Assembly (NCBI RefSeq): GCF_023228465.1
Contig: NZ_JALOBC010000006.1
Reading direction: 5' to 3' (one strand)
DNA length: 64,000 bases
Source of the DNA: Dokdonella sp.
Lineage (GTDB): Bacteria > Pseudomonadota > Gammaproteobacteria > Xanthomonadales > Rhodanobacteraceae
Below are positions 20,507-29,629 of this stretch, piece by piece (the stretch's first letter is position 1; every line of letters starts with the position of its first letter). The notes under the pieces are model-generated. The model had not been told where the DNA came from. It ran no database searches and was given only the letters and a program-made list of their open reading frames with translations. A program made the translations under genes and the position numbers.

Positions 20507-20587
20507 GATTCACCCGCCTGCCTTGTTTGACACGGTTTCTGTCAGCCGTTAGCGTGTGCCCTTCTCGAACCGCGTCACTGGAGCACC

Positions 20588-21175
20588 ATGCGACTCGTTC
20601 TACTCGGCGCGCCCGGTTCGGGCAAGGGGACCCAGGCGCAAATCCTGCAGGACGAGCTCGGCGTCCCCCATGTTTCGACGGGTGATCTGTTGCGCGCGGC
20701 GGTCAGGGCCGGTACGCCGCTGGGGCAGCGCGCCAAGGCGGTGATGGAAGCCGGCCAGCTGGTGTCCGACGAGATCGTGCTCGGCATGCTCGAAGAGCGT
20801 CTGGCCCAGCCCGATGCAGCCGCGGGCTTCATTCTCGACGGCTATCCGCGCAATGTCGCCCAGTGCGCGGCCCTGGAGGCGCTGCTCGCGCGCATCGGTC
20901 AATCGCTGGACATTGCCGTCGAGCTCAAGGTCCCCAACGAACGCATCGTCGAGCGCATTGCCGGCCGCGCCGCCGCCGAGGGCCGCAAGGACGACACCCC
21001 GGAAACGGTGCGTGCGCGCCTGGAAGTGTACGAGCAACAGACGGCCCCGGTCGCCGCGCACTTCGCCGCGGCCGGCAAGCTTGCCTCGATCGATGGCGTG
21101 GGCAGTCTGGAAGAGGTTTCCTCGCGCATCTTCGACGCGCTGTCGGCGCGGCGCGAGGCGCGTGCCAGCGCCTGA
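20588..21175 (+). CDS. adk: adenylate kinase (short-lid type)
   Basis: MRLVLLGAPGSGKGTQAQ..VSTGDLLR..GFILDGYPRN. There is no Cys4 lid. Confidence 0.96.
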   Translation: MRLVLLGAPGSGKGTQAQILQDELGVPHVSTGDLLRAAVRAGTPLGQRAKAVMEAGQLVSDEIVLGMLEERLAQPDAAAGFILDGYPRNVAQCAALEALLARIGQSLDIAVELKVPNERIVERIAGRAAAEGRKDDTPETVRARLEVYEQQTAPVAAHFAAAGKLASIDGVGSLEEVSSRIFDALSARREARASA

Positions 21176-22603
21176 ATGCGCCTCCACATCCTCGGCATCT
21201 GCGGCACCTTCATGGGCGGCCTGGCGGCGCTGGCGCGCGAGCTGGGCCATGATGTCGAAGGCTCCGACGCCAACGTCTATCCGCCCATGTCCAGTCAGCT
21301 CGAGGCGCTGGGCATCGCGCTGAAACCCGGTTATCGGGCCGAGCACCTGCGGCCGGCGCCCGATCTGGTCATCGTCGGCAACGCGCTCTCGCGCGGCAAT
21401 CCGGCGATCGAATACCTGCTCGATGCACGCCTGCCCTATGTCTCCGGGCCGCAGTGGCTGGGCGAAACCCTGCTCGCGCAGCGCCGCGTGCTGGCCGTCG
21501 CCGGCACCCATGGCAAGACCACCACCACGGCGCTGCTGGCCTGGCTGCTCGAGGCGGCCGGGCGCGATCCGGGCTTCCTGATCGGCGGCCTGCCGGCCAA
21601 TTTCGAAGTATCCGCACGACTTGGAAAAAAGGGGACGGAGGCAATTAACGCCGGGGCGTCCACAGGCTTCGTCGACAGTACATCAGCGTTAATTGCCTCC
21701 GTCCCGTTTTTCGTCATCGAGGCTGACGAGTACGACACCGCCTTCTTCGACAAGCGCTCGAAGTTCGTGCATTACCGGCCCGAGGTGGCGATCCTCAACA
21801 ACCTCGAATACGACCACGCCGACATCTTCCCGGACGTGGCCGCCATCCAGCGCCAGTTCCATCACCTGGTACGCATCGTGCCGGGCAACGGGCGGCTGGT
21901 GGTCAATGCCGAGGACGCGCGCCTGGCCGAAGTGCTGGCCATGGGCTGCTGGTCGCCGGTGGAAAGCTTCGGCATCGACGCCGGCGACTGGCGTGCGCGC
22001 CTGCTGGCGGCGGATGGCTCGGCCTTCGAGGTGTCGCATCAGGGGCGCGTGCTGGGCGAGGCACACTGGTCGCTGACCGGCCGGCACAACGTGATGAACG
22101 CGCTGGCCGCGCTGGTGGCCGCGCACGCGGTCGGCGTGGACGTGGCGGATGCGCTGCCGAAACTGGCCGGCTTTCGCAGCGTGGCGCGGCGCATGGAACG
22201 GCTGGGCACGGCCGGCGGCGTCCACGTGTACGATGATTTCGCCCACCACCCGACGGCCATCGCCACGACCCTGGCGGGCCTGCGCGCGCAGGTGGGCACG
22301 GCGCGCATCCTGGTCGGCATGGAACCGCGCTCGAACTCGATGCGCCTGGGCGCGCACGCCGATCAGCTCGCGCCAGCGCTGGTCGACGCCGATGCGGTGG
22401 TGTTCCTCAAGCGGCCCGAGCTGCCCTGGAACGCAGCACGCGTCATCGACGCCCTGGGCGGACGGGGCCAGGCCGTGACCGATGTCGCGGCCCTGCTCGG
22501 CGTGCTGCGAACGCTTGCCCGGCCGGGCGACCACGTCGTGTTCATGTCCAACGGCGGCTTCGAGGACGCGCCGCGGCGTTTCCTCGCGCTGCTCACGGGT
22601 TAG
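21176..22603 (+). CDS. mpl: UDP-N-acetylmuramate:L-Ala-gamma-D-Glu-meso-DAP ligase (murein peptide ligase) carrying an in-frame palindromic insert
   Basis: MRLHILGICGTFMGGLA..DANVYPPMS..AGTHGKTTT..VIEADEYDTAFFDKRSKFVHY..NLEYDHADIF..YDDFAHHPTA..MSNGGF is colinear with E. coli Mpl, except for about 24-26 extra residues before FFVIEADEYD. ATG directly abuts the adk stop. Confidence 0.93.
   Translation: MRLHILGICGTFMGGLAALARELGHDVEGSDANVYPPMSSQLEALGIALKPGYRAEHLRPAPDLVIVGNALSRGNPAIEYLLDARLPYVSGPQWLGETLLAQRRVLAVAGTHGKTTTTALLAWLLEAAGRDPGFLIGGLPANFEVSARLGKKGTEAINAGASTGFVDSTSALIASVPFFVIEADEYDTAFFDKRSKFVHYRPEVAILNNLEYDHADIFPDVAAIQRQFHHLVRIVPGNGRLVVNAEDARLAEVLAMGCWSPVESFGIDAGDWRARLLAADGSAFEVSHQGRVLGEAHWSLTGRHNVMNALAALVAAHAVGVDVADALPKLAGFRSVARRMERLGTAGGVHVYDDFAHHPTAIATTLAGLRAQVGTARILVGMEPRSNSMRLGAHADQLAPALVDADAVVFLKRPELPWNAARVIDALGGRGQAVTDVAALLGVLRTLARPGDHVVFMSNGGFEDAPRRFLALLTG
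21625..21711. repeat. about 87-bp low-GC palindromic element inside mpl (MITE/RPE-like)
   Basis: A perfect 20-bp inverted repeat gggacggaggcaattaacgc (21632-21651) / gcgttaattgcctccgtccc (21686-21705) is extended by A5/T5 arms after one mismatch. The loop is 34 nt. Local GC is about 50 % against a background of about 68 %. Confidence 0.85.
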
Positions 22604-22659
22604 GCGCGCCAAGCTGCAGGTCAGCCCTGCCTGGCGCGCGGGCGCGGTAGAGTTGGATC

Positions 22660-23250
22660 ATGAGCTCCCTTGACCTGCGCCTGTTCCCGCTCGGGGCCGT
22701 GCTGTTCCCCGGCGGCGAGCTGCGCCTGCGCATCTTCGAACCGCGCTATATCGACCTGGTGCGCGAATGCAGCCGCGAGGATGCCGCGTTCGGCGTCTGC
22801 CTGATCCTGGAAGGGCAGGAAGCCGGGGCGCCGGCGGTGCCCGCAGCGGTCGGTACGCTGGCCCGCATCAGCGACTTCTTCACCCTACCCGATGGCTTGC
22901 TCGGCATCACCGCCCGCGGCGGGCTGCGGTTCAGGGTCGCCGCCACGCGCGTGCGCCACGATGGCCTCGTTTGTGGCACGGCAAAGCCATGGCCGGAGGA
23001 ACCCCGATTGCCGGTGCCACCGGAATTTGCCCTGCTGGCAACCATCCTCGAACGCTTCGCCGAGAAAGCCGGGGGTGCCCTGGCCAGGGCCGAGCGCCGT
23101 TGCTACGACGATGCCGGCTGGGTCGGCTTCCGCCTGGCCGAGCTGCTGCCGTTGGCGCCGACCGAGCGCCAGCAACTGCTCGAACTCACCGACCCGCTGG
23201 CGCGCCTCGCCCAACTGCAGGACTGGCTGCCCCGCTTCCAGCGCGATTAG
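22660..23250 (+). CDS. standalone LON substrate-binding (Lon N-terminal) domain protein
   Basis: LRLFPLGAVLFPGGELRLRIFEPRYIDLVREC.. is the Lon-N/PUA-like signature. The protein is about 196 aa with no AAA+ or protease domain. Confidence 0.85.
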   Translation: MSSLDLRLFPLGAVLFPGGELRLRIFEPRYIDLVRECSREDAAFGVCLILEGQEAGAPAVPAAVGTLARISDFFTLPDGLLGITARGGLRFRVAATRVRHDGLVCGTAKPWPEEPRLPVPPEFALLATILERFAEKAGGALARAERRCYDDAGWVGFRLAELLPLAPTERQQLLELTDPLARLAQLQDWLPRFQRD

Positions 23251-23390
23251 CAGGGTGTTGAAAAGCACCCTGCTGGCGCGATCCAGGGATGGATCGCTCG
23301 CGGTTCAATCACGCAAGTGATTGATTCGCTGAGCAGGTGACGCGGCTCTGCCGCGACCGTGCGAGGTGAAAGGTCCAGGACGGACCTTTT
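23249..23390 (+). other. run of five consecutive stem-loops in the intergenic region
   Basis: The hairpins are at 23249-23274 (9 bp), 23278-23297 (8 bp, GGGA loop), 23305-23324 (8 bp, GCAA loop), 23339-23357 (7 bp plus 1 mismatch) and 23369-23389 (8 bp, then a T-run). Confidence 0.6.
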
Positions 23391-23451
23391 CGGCATCCGG
23401 GTCGCGCGCCAGCCACTAGACTGTAGGTCGTTTCCTCAAGCAGGAGTGCGC

Positions 23452-24276
23452 ATGCCCAGCCTGGCCGACAAGACTCTTTTCATCAGCGGCGCCTCGCGGG
23501 GTATTGGCCTGGCCATCGCCCTGCGTGCGGCGCGCGATGGTGCCAACGTGGTGATTGCCGCCAAGAGCGCCGTGCCCAACCCGAAGCTGCCCGGCACCAT
23601 CCACAGCGCCGCGGCAGCGGTCGAGGCGGCCGGTGGCAAGGCCCTGGCCGTCCAGTGCGACATCCGTGACGAGGCCGCGGTGCTGGTCGCGGTGGATGCT
23701 GCGGTGACGCGCTTCGGCGGCATCGACATCCTGGTCAACAATGCGAGTGCGATCTGGCTGGCCGGTACGCTGGACACGCCCATGAAGCGCTTCGACCTGA
23801 TGCACGAGGTGAACGCGCGCGGCAGCTTCCTGTGCGCGCAGGCCTGCCTGCCGCACCTGCTCAAGGCCTCCAATCCGCACATCCTGACCCTGGCGCCGCC
23901 GCCCTCGCTCGATCCCAAATGGTGGGCGCCGCACCTGGGCTACACCCTGGCGAAGATGGGCATGAGCTTCGTGACGCTGGGTCTGGCCGGCGAATTCGGC
24001 GCGCAGGGTGTGGCGGTCAACGCCCTGTGGCCGCGGACCATCATCGCCACCGATGCACTCAACATGATTCCCGGGATCGACGTTGCCCGCTGCCGCAAGC
24101 CGGCCATCGTCGCCGATGCGGCGCATGCCGTACTGGTGCGCCCGGCCGCCGGGTTCGCGGGGCATTTCCTGATCGACGATGAGGTGCTGCGCGAGGCCGG
24201 GGTCACCGACCTGGGCGTCTATGCCATGGATCCTGCGCAGTCGCTGCTGCCGGATCTGTTTCTCGATCCGGCCTGA
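23452..24276 (+). CDS. short-chain dehydrogenase/reductase (HSDL2-like SDR)
   Basis: ATG 23452 follows CAGGAG. Motifs are ISGASRGIGLAIA (cofactor), NNAS and YTLAKMG (YxxxK). The 31-aa upstream extension in the track was rejected. Confidence 0.88.
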   Translation: MPSLADKTLFISGASRGIGLAIALRAARDGANVVIAAKSAVPNPKLPGTIHSAAAAVEAAGGKALAVQCDIRDEAAVLVAVDAAVTRFGGIDILVNNASAIWLAGTLDTPMKRFDLMHEVNARGSFLCAQACLPHLLKASNPHILTLAPPPSLDPKWWAPHLGYTLAKMGMSFVTLGLAGEFGAQGVAVNALWPRTIIATDALNMIPGIDVARCRKPAIVADAAHAVLVRPAAGFAGHFLIDDEVLREAGVTDLGVYAMDPAQSLLPDLFLDPA

Positions 24277-24309
24277 GTCTTCGATTCCTCGCGCCAGGAT
24301 CCTGACGCT

Positions 24310-24935
24310 TCAGGCCCCGTGCGGCACGCCCAGGCGGAAGCGGCAGGCAGGAGCGCCTTGCGCGATGCACGCGGTGTGCTCGACGCGATGGCCGGTGGCG
24401 GCTTCGATGAAGGCGAGGTCGAAGCGACAGACCTCCGGATGGCTCGCGGCAAGCTCGCGGAACACGCAGTTGCGGGCTTCGATCACGGGCGTGCCGGCCG
24501 CGTCGCCGGCGTCTGCCGAGTAGCCGAGGGCGTCCATGCGTGCGGCAAGCGCCGCGGCGCGCTCGTCCGCATTGCCGGTCACCGCGTTGCGCGCGCCCAG
24601 TCGCCGGCCCATCCGTGCCAGCAGCGCGCCGGTGGCCTCGCTGCCGATGTCCTCGCGCAGCCCTTCCAGCAGGCTGTCGGCGATCAGCGCGTCGGCACGC
24701 GGGAACAGCGCATGGCCTGCGCGGGTCAACACGTAGCTTGCCTGCGGCCGGCCGCCGCTCGGGCGGGGGGTGCCGCGTTCGACGTAACCGGCGCAGAGCA
24801 ACGCGGTCAGGTGTTGCCTGACCGCGTTGTGGCTGATCTGCAACGCCGCGCAAAGTCCCTGGACGGTTTCACCATCCGGCGCCGCCAGCAGCCGTTGCAG
24901 GAGCTGCTGGCGCGTGGGTCCGAGCGGGCAGGCGG
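24310..24935 (-). CDS. winged-HTH (ArsR/SufR-like) transcriptional regulator with a 4-Cys C-terminal domain
   Basis: wHTH ..TRQQLLQRLLAAPDGETVQGLCAALQISHNAVRQHLTALLCAGYVERG..RPQASYVLT. The C-terminus has NCVF..EVCRF..TACIA..PACRF. The ATG at 25005 would overlap the upstream gene by 56 nt, so TTG 24935 is proposed; the start remains uncertain. Confidence 0.7.
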
Positions 24936-24949
24936 CGTGCCGCAAGAGT

Positions 24950-25606
24950 CTACTTGGCCTTGTCCGGGAACTGCTTGGCGATGCCGTCGGACAGCGCATC
25001 GGCAAACATGTTCATGTGCGCTTGCATGGACTTCCAGGTCGAGGCTTCGGCCTTGCTCTCACCGGCCATGATTTCCTGGATCTGTGCCTCGTGATAGCCG
25101 ATGTGGGTCATCATCAGGCCCTTCACCGCGTCATAGGGCAGATTGGGGTTGGCGCTGGAAAGGAACTTGGCCACCGCGTCGGCGTTGGTGTTGAGCTCGT
25201 CCTTGGCCTTGGCTTCGGCCGCCGCGTCGTTGGCGTGCTGGGCGTCAGTCAGGTCCTTGACCCCCTGCCAGTGGCCGGCCAGCAGCTTGAACATGCCCTT
25301 GCCTGCATCTTCGCCGTAGAAGCCGGCCACCGCATTGGCGATCTCCTTCGCATTGGCAACGGTCGCGTCGGCCGCCTTGCTGGCCGCCGCCGCGTCACCC
25401 GCCTTGACCGCCTTCGCGTAGGCCCGGGTGTTGACGATATGTCCGTGCCAGAGCGCACGCATCGCACTGTGCAGCTCCGGTGCCGTGGTCTTGCTGTTCT
25501 CGGCCGCGGCTGGTGCCGCCTGCGCGAGCGGCACTGTGGCAAACAGGCCGCCCATGGCGACGGCCAGGCCGAGGCCGGCCGTCCATAACAAAGAGGAAGC
25601 GTTCAT
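24950..25606 (-). CDS. secreted all-helical protein of unknown function (His/Met-rich)
   Basis: ATG 25606 is preceded by GGGAG. The signal peptide is MNASSLLWTAGLGLAVAMGGLFATVPLAQA. The mature part is Ala/Lys-rich and helical, with HGH, MMTHIGYH and MQAHMNMF patches. It sits just upstream of the regulator on the same strand. Confidence 0.6.
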   Translation of the reverse strand: MNASSLLWTAGLGLAVAMGGLFATVPLAQAAPAAAENSKTTAPELHSAMRALWHGHIVNTRAYAKAVKAGDAAAASKAADATVANAKEIANAVAGFYGEDAGKGMFKLLAGHWQGVKDLTDAQHANDAAAEAKAKDELNTNADAVAKFLSSANPNLPYDAVKGLMMTHIGYHEAQIQEIMAGESKAEASTWKSMQAHMNMFADALSDGIAKQFPDKAK

Positions 25607-25654
25607 GGTGAACTCCCGAAAGTGATGTCGCACCCGCGACCCGTTGATGCTACG

Positions 25655-25666
25655 CCTTCCGGAAGG
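25655..25666. promoter_or_regulatory. perfect 12-bp palindrome CCTTCCGGAAGG upstream of the secreted-protein/regulator pair (candidate operator)
   Basis: Read directly from the sequence. It lies about 50-60 bp upstream of ATG 25606 in an AT-richer stretch. Confidence 0.35.
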
Positions 25667-25726
25667 TTGTTTACTGAATGTATGTGTAAAGCCCGTGGTG
25701 CCGCGTCTCTCTGCTCGCGGTGCGGA

Positions 25727-27007
25727 TCAGCGCGCTTCATGCAGGGCGCCGCGGGCAGCCTCCAGGGTGGCGGCGATGATGCTCTGGTCATGCGCGATGG
25801 AGACGAACCCCGCCTCGAAGGCACTCGGCGCCAGGTACACGCCGCGCACCAGCATGGCGTGGAAGAAGCGCTTGAAGCGTTCGGCGTCGGCCGCCGTGGC
25901 TTGCGCGTAGCTCGTCACCGGGCCCGCGGCGAAGTAGAGGCCAAACATGCCACCCACGCGCTGGGTGCTGAAGGCGATGCCGGCTTCGTCGGCGATGGCC
26001 TGCAAACCGTCGCACAGGAGCCGCGTGCGGCGCGCCAGTTCGTCGTGGAAGCCGGGCGCCTGCACGAGTTCGAGCATGGCCAGGCCCGCCGCCATCGCCA
26101 CCGGGTTGCCGGATAGCGTGCCGGCCTGGTAGATCGGGCCGGACGGGGCGACCTGCTCCATCAGCGCGCGCCGGCCGCCATAGGCACCCACCGGCATGCC
26201 GCCGCCGATGATCTTGCCGAAGGTGGTGAGGTCCGGGGTCACGCCGTAATGCGCCTGGGCCCCGCCGAGGGCAACGCGGAAACCGGTCATCACCTCATCG
26301 AAGATCAGCACCACGCCGTGCCGCGTGCACAGCGCGCGCAGACCTTCGAGGAAGCCCGGCACCGGCGGGATGCAGTTCATGTTGCCGGCCACCGGCTCGA
26401 TGATCAGACAGGCGATCTCGCCACCGCGCTCGGCGAACAGCGCCTCGGCCGCGGCGAGGTCGTTGTAGGGCAGGGTCAGCGTGAGATCGGCGGTCGCCCG
26501 GGGTACGCCGGGCGAGGTCGGCACGCCGAAGGTGAGCGCGCCGGAGCCCGCCTTGACCAGGAAGCCGTCGGCGTGGCCGTGATAGCAGCCCTCGAACTTG
26601 ACCAGCAGATCGCGCCCGGTGGCGCCGCGCGCCAGGCGCACCGCCGACATGGTCGCTTCGGTGCCGGAGTTGACCATGCGCACCACCTCGACCGACGGCA
26701 CCAGGCGCGCGATGGTTTCGGCCATGGTCACTTCATCGGGACATGGCGTGCCGAAGGACAGGCCGTTGGCGATGGCACGTTCCACTGCTGCGCGTACCGT
26801 CGGGTGGTTGTGACCCACCACCATCGGCCCCCAGGAGCCGACGTAATCGATGTAGCGGCTGCCTTCCGCGTCCCACAGGTACGGTCCGTCGGCGCGCACG
26901 GTGAAGAACGGCTCGCCGCCTACCGACTTGAAGGCGCGCACGGGTGAATTGACGCCGCCGGGGATGTGCGCCAGGGCGCGTTGGAAGAGTTCGTGGTTGC
27001 TGGTCAT
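25727..27007 (-). CDS. hemL: glutamate-1-semialdehyde 2,1-aminomutase
   Basis: [57 protein letters not shown]. Start taken at ATG 27007. Confidence 0.95.
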   Translation of the reverse strand: MTSNHELFQRALAHIPGGVNSPVRAFKSVGGEPFFTVRADGPYLWDAEGSRYIDYVGSWGPMVVGHNHPTVRAAVERAIANGLSFGTPCPDEVTMAETIARLVPSVEVVRMVNSGTEATMSAVRLARGATGRDLLVKFEGCYHGHADGFLVKAGSGALTFGVPTSPGVPRATADLTLTLPYNDLAAAEALFAERGGEIACLIIEPVAGNMNCIPPVPGFLEGLRALCTRHGVVLIFDEVMTGFRVALGGAQAHYGVTPDLTTFGKIIGGGMPVGAYGGRRALMEQVAPSGPIYQAGTLSGNPVAMAAGLAMLELVQAPGFHDELARRTRLLCDGLQAIADEAGIAFSTQRVGGMFGLYFAAGPVTSYAQATAADAERFKRFFHAMLVRGVYLAPSAFEAGFVSIAHDQSIIAATLEAARGALHEAR

Positions 27008-27169
27008 GGGAACGACGGTCGTTGATTGCTCGAGGGATGGTATGGCGCGGGTCATGGCCTCCCATTATCCGTGCCTTGCACACGCACATGGAAAGCGTCA
27101 ATCTTACTCATTGCTGCGGCCAACGCGCGGCGCGATCGTCCACCACTGCGTCGGAAGGGGAGCCGTGCC

Positions 27170-28690
27170 ATGAAGCGTAGTCAAGTCTGGGTTGCCGCGG
27201 CACTGCTCGGGTTGGCATCGCAGGCGGCCGTCGCACAGCTTTGCCCCGAGAACTTCGATGCCGTCACCGCGCCGGGCTTGCCACCCGCATGGACCTCGAA
27301 TGTTGATGGCGCAGGCATTGCCTGGGTAACGGACGCCGCCACTCACGATACGTCACCCAACGCCGCGTTTACGCCCAACGCCGCTGCGGTCGGCAGCAGC
27401 TATCTGGTTTCGCCGGTCACCAGCATCAACGGCACCAATTCGACATTCACCTTCCGCCATTTCTATGCGACAGAGTCCACTTTCGATGGCGGCGTACTCG
27501 AGATTTCGGTCAATGGTGGCGCGTACTCGGACATCCTCGCCGCCGGCGGCCTGTTCGTCGCTGGCGGCTACAATGCGACGATCTCGACCAGCTTCGGCAG
27601 CCCGATCGGCGGGCGCCAGGCGTGGAGCGGATCGAGCGGCGGCTACATCACGACCACGGTTCAATTGCCCGCCAGTACTCTCAATCAGAGCGTCCGGATG
27701 CGCTGGCGAATGGCATCGGACAGCTCGGTCGGCGCCACCGGTTGGCGCGTCGATTCGGTCGTGTGCGGCGTTGCAACGGCCGGCAGTTCGCCTTGGCGGT
27801 ACGCCCTGCAACCTTATCCGATCCGGATCACGGATCACGCGACCACCGTGATGGACGGCGTGCTTTACAGCTTCGGCGGGTGGAGCACGAGTGGTGCCGT
27901 TGCCACTTCGTACAAATACGATGGGACCCAGTGGATGCCGATCGGCTCCCTGCCGGTCGCGCGCCGGTACATGGCCGCCGTGAACGACGACCATCACATC
28001 TTCATTCTGGGAGGGCTGGACAACGGCAATACCACCTCTGCGACGATGTATCGCTACACGCCGCAGACCAACACCTACGAAACCATGGCTCCATTTACAA
28101 CCGGCGTGCGGGGTGCCGGCGCGGTGGTGCTCGACGGCATGATCGTCAAGGTCGGCGGTACGATCGACAACGGTGCGACAACCACCGATGTGACCGAGAT
28201 TTACGACATTGCCACCAACACCTGGGCGTCGCGTGCTCCGTATCCGATGGCCCTGGGCTTCATTTCCCTGTTCGCGCGCAATGGCTATGTGTACGGGGCT
28301 GGTGGGTTTGATGCTGCAGGTACGCCCACCAGCAAGACGTATCGCTACGATCCCGCGCTGGACGTCTGGGACGACGCGCCGATTCCAGACCTGCCTGAGC
28401 GGCGTGCGGCCGCGACGATGATCGACGTGCCCGACGGTGCGCTGCTGCTCGGCGGTTTTGTCGGGGGCGGTGTCTTTTTGGAAAATACTTCGGCTTCGGC
28501 CATCGCATGGGATGCGGCCGTCAACGGCTGGCGTGCCTTTCCGTCGCTGGTCGCCGCGCGCGCACGGATGGGTGGTGGTTTCCTGCGCGGACAACCGATG
28601 GTGATCGGTGGATCAGGGTTCGGGACCGTGCAGCAGGACGTGCAGTTGTACGACCGCCTGTTTGGTGACGGCTTCGATCCGGTCAACTGA
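27170..28690 (+). CDS. secreted protein: N-terminal MAM/LamG-like (choice-of-anchor-J-like) domain plus Kelch beta-propeller
   Basis: ATG 27170 follows GGAAGGGGA. The signal peptide is MKRSQVWVAAALLGLASQAAVA. The Kelch blades carry recurring ..Y.FGG.., ..I.GG.. and W motifs (VLYSFGGW, HIFILGGL, MIVKVGGT, YVYGAGGF, ALLLGGF, PMVIGGSG). Confidence 0.8.
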   Translation: MKRSQVWVAAALLGLASQAAVAQLCPENFDAVTAPGLPPAWTSNVDGAGIAWVTDAATHDTSPNAAFTPNAAAVGSSYLVSPVTSINGTNSTFTFRHFYATESTFDGGVLEISVNGGAYSDILAAGGLFVAGGYNATISTSFGSPIGGRQAWSGSSGGYITTTVQLPASTLNQSVRMRWRMASDSSVGATGWRVDSVVCGVATAGSSPWRYALQPYPIRITDHATTVMDGVLYSFGGWSTSGAVATSYKYDGTQWMPIGSLPVARRYMAAVNDDHHIFILGGLDNGNTTSATMYRYTPQTNTYETMAPFTTGVRGAGAVVLDGMIVKVGGTIDNGATTTDVTEIYDIATNTWASRAPYPMALGFISLFARNGYVYGAGGFDAAGTPTSKTYRYDPALDVWDDAPIPDLPERRAAATMIDVPDGALLLGGFVGGGVFLENTSASAIAWDAAVNGWRAFPSLVAARARMGGGFLRGQPMVIGGSGFGTVQQDVQLYDRLFGDGFDPVN

Positions 28691-28807
28691 AGCGCTGGCC
28701 AGCGCCGCGGATCCGCGCATGGCGGCCCGCGGTGCCTTGTGCTTTCGCCGGCTGGCCCAAACTGGGACAATGCACGGGTCTCTGGTTGGCCCGATCCTGT
28801 TTCTCAC

Positions 28808-29011
28808 ATGTCCCGATCCATTGCCTGCGCGCCCGTCGACGCGCCACTGCGCACCTTCATGTGCGTGGTCTGCGGTTTCATCTACAACGAGGCGGAGGGC
28901 TGGCCGGAGGACGGCATTGCGCCCGGCACGCGCTGGGAAGACGTGCCCGAGACCTGGACCTGCCCCGATTGCGGCGTGACCAAGGACGACTTCGAGATGG
29001 TCGAGATCTGA
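28808..29011 (+). CDS. rubredoxin
   Basis: ..[51 protein letters not shown] has both CxxCG and CPxCG knuckles. The start could be ATG 28808 or 28859. Confidence 0.88.
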   Translation: MSRSIACAPVDAPLRTFMCVVCGFIYNEAEGWPEDGIAPGTRWEDVPETWTCPDCGVTKDDFEMVEI

Positions 29012-29026
29012 TCCGCGCCGCGCCGG

Positions 29027-29467
29027 TCAGCGCTCGATCGTCAGTTCGTCCCCGGCAGTCACCCCGATCCGCCGCGCCTCGCCGGCATTGAGCTCCAGCA
29101 CGTAACGCGCCGGCGCGCCGCTGGGGTAGGCGGGGCAGGGGTCGGCACGGCAGGGCGGCACGTCGTGCTGCACGCTGACCAGGCGGCGCTCGGCATCGAA
29201 GTAGAGGATGTCGAGCGGGATCAGGGTGTTCTTCATCCAGAAGGCGCGCGGTGCGTCGTCCTGGAAGATGAACAGCATGCCGTGATCGGGCGCGAGCACC
29301 GTGCGGAGCATGAGCCCGCGTGCGCGCGAGGCGTCGTCGGTAGCCAGTTCCACCTGGTAGCGGTGGCCGGCGAGTTCCACATGGGGAGAACCGACCGCAG
29401 CGGCAGGCAGTGCCAACGCACAAAGCGCGCTGGCGAGGACGGCACGGGCAATCGGCTGGGGGATCAT
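29027..29467 (-). CDS. DUF192 domain secreted protein
   Basis: ATG 29467 gives MIPQPIARAVLASALCALALPAAA. The DUF192 core is ..RARGLM..GMLFIF..FWMKNTLIPLDILYFD... The upstream 106 aa in the track were rejected because they cover a repeat region. Confidence 0.85.
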   Translation of the reverse strand: MIPQPIARAVLASALCALALPAAAVGSPHVELAGHRYQVELATDDASRARGLMLRTVLAPDHGMLFIFQDDAPRAFWMKNTLIPLDILYFDAERRLVSVQHDVPPCRADPCPAYPSGAPARYVLELNAGEARRIGVTAGDELTIER

Positions 29468-29629
29468 GCGCAGGACTCCCGGGTTGGTGCGTGCAAGATT
29501 ACAGCACGCTGGCCCAGTGGCACGGTTCCGCTCAGGGGCGGCCGGCAGCGACCCCGCTTCGAGTGAACCGCGAACCACTGGATCCGGGCGTGCGGCGGGT
29601 GATGGGTTGTCACACGCTCCAGCCACAGG

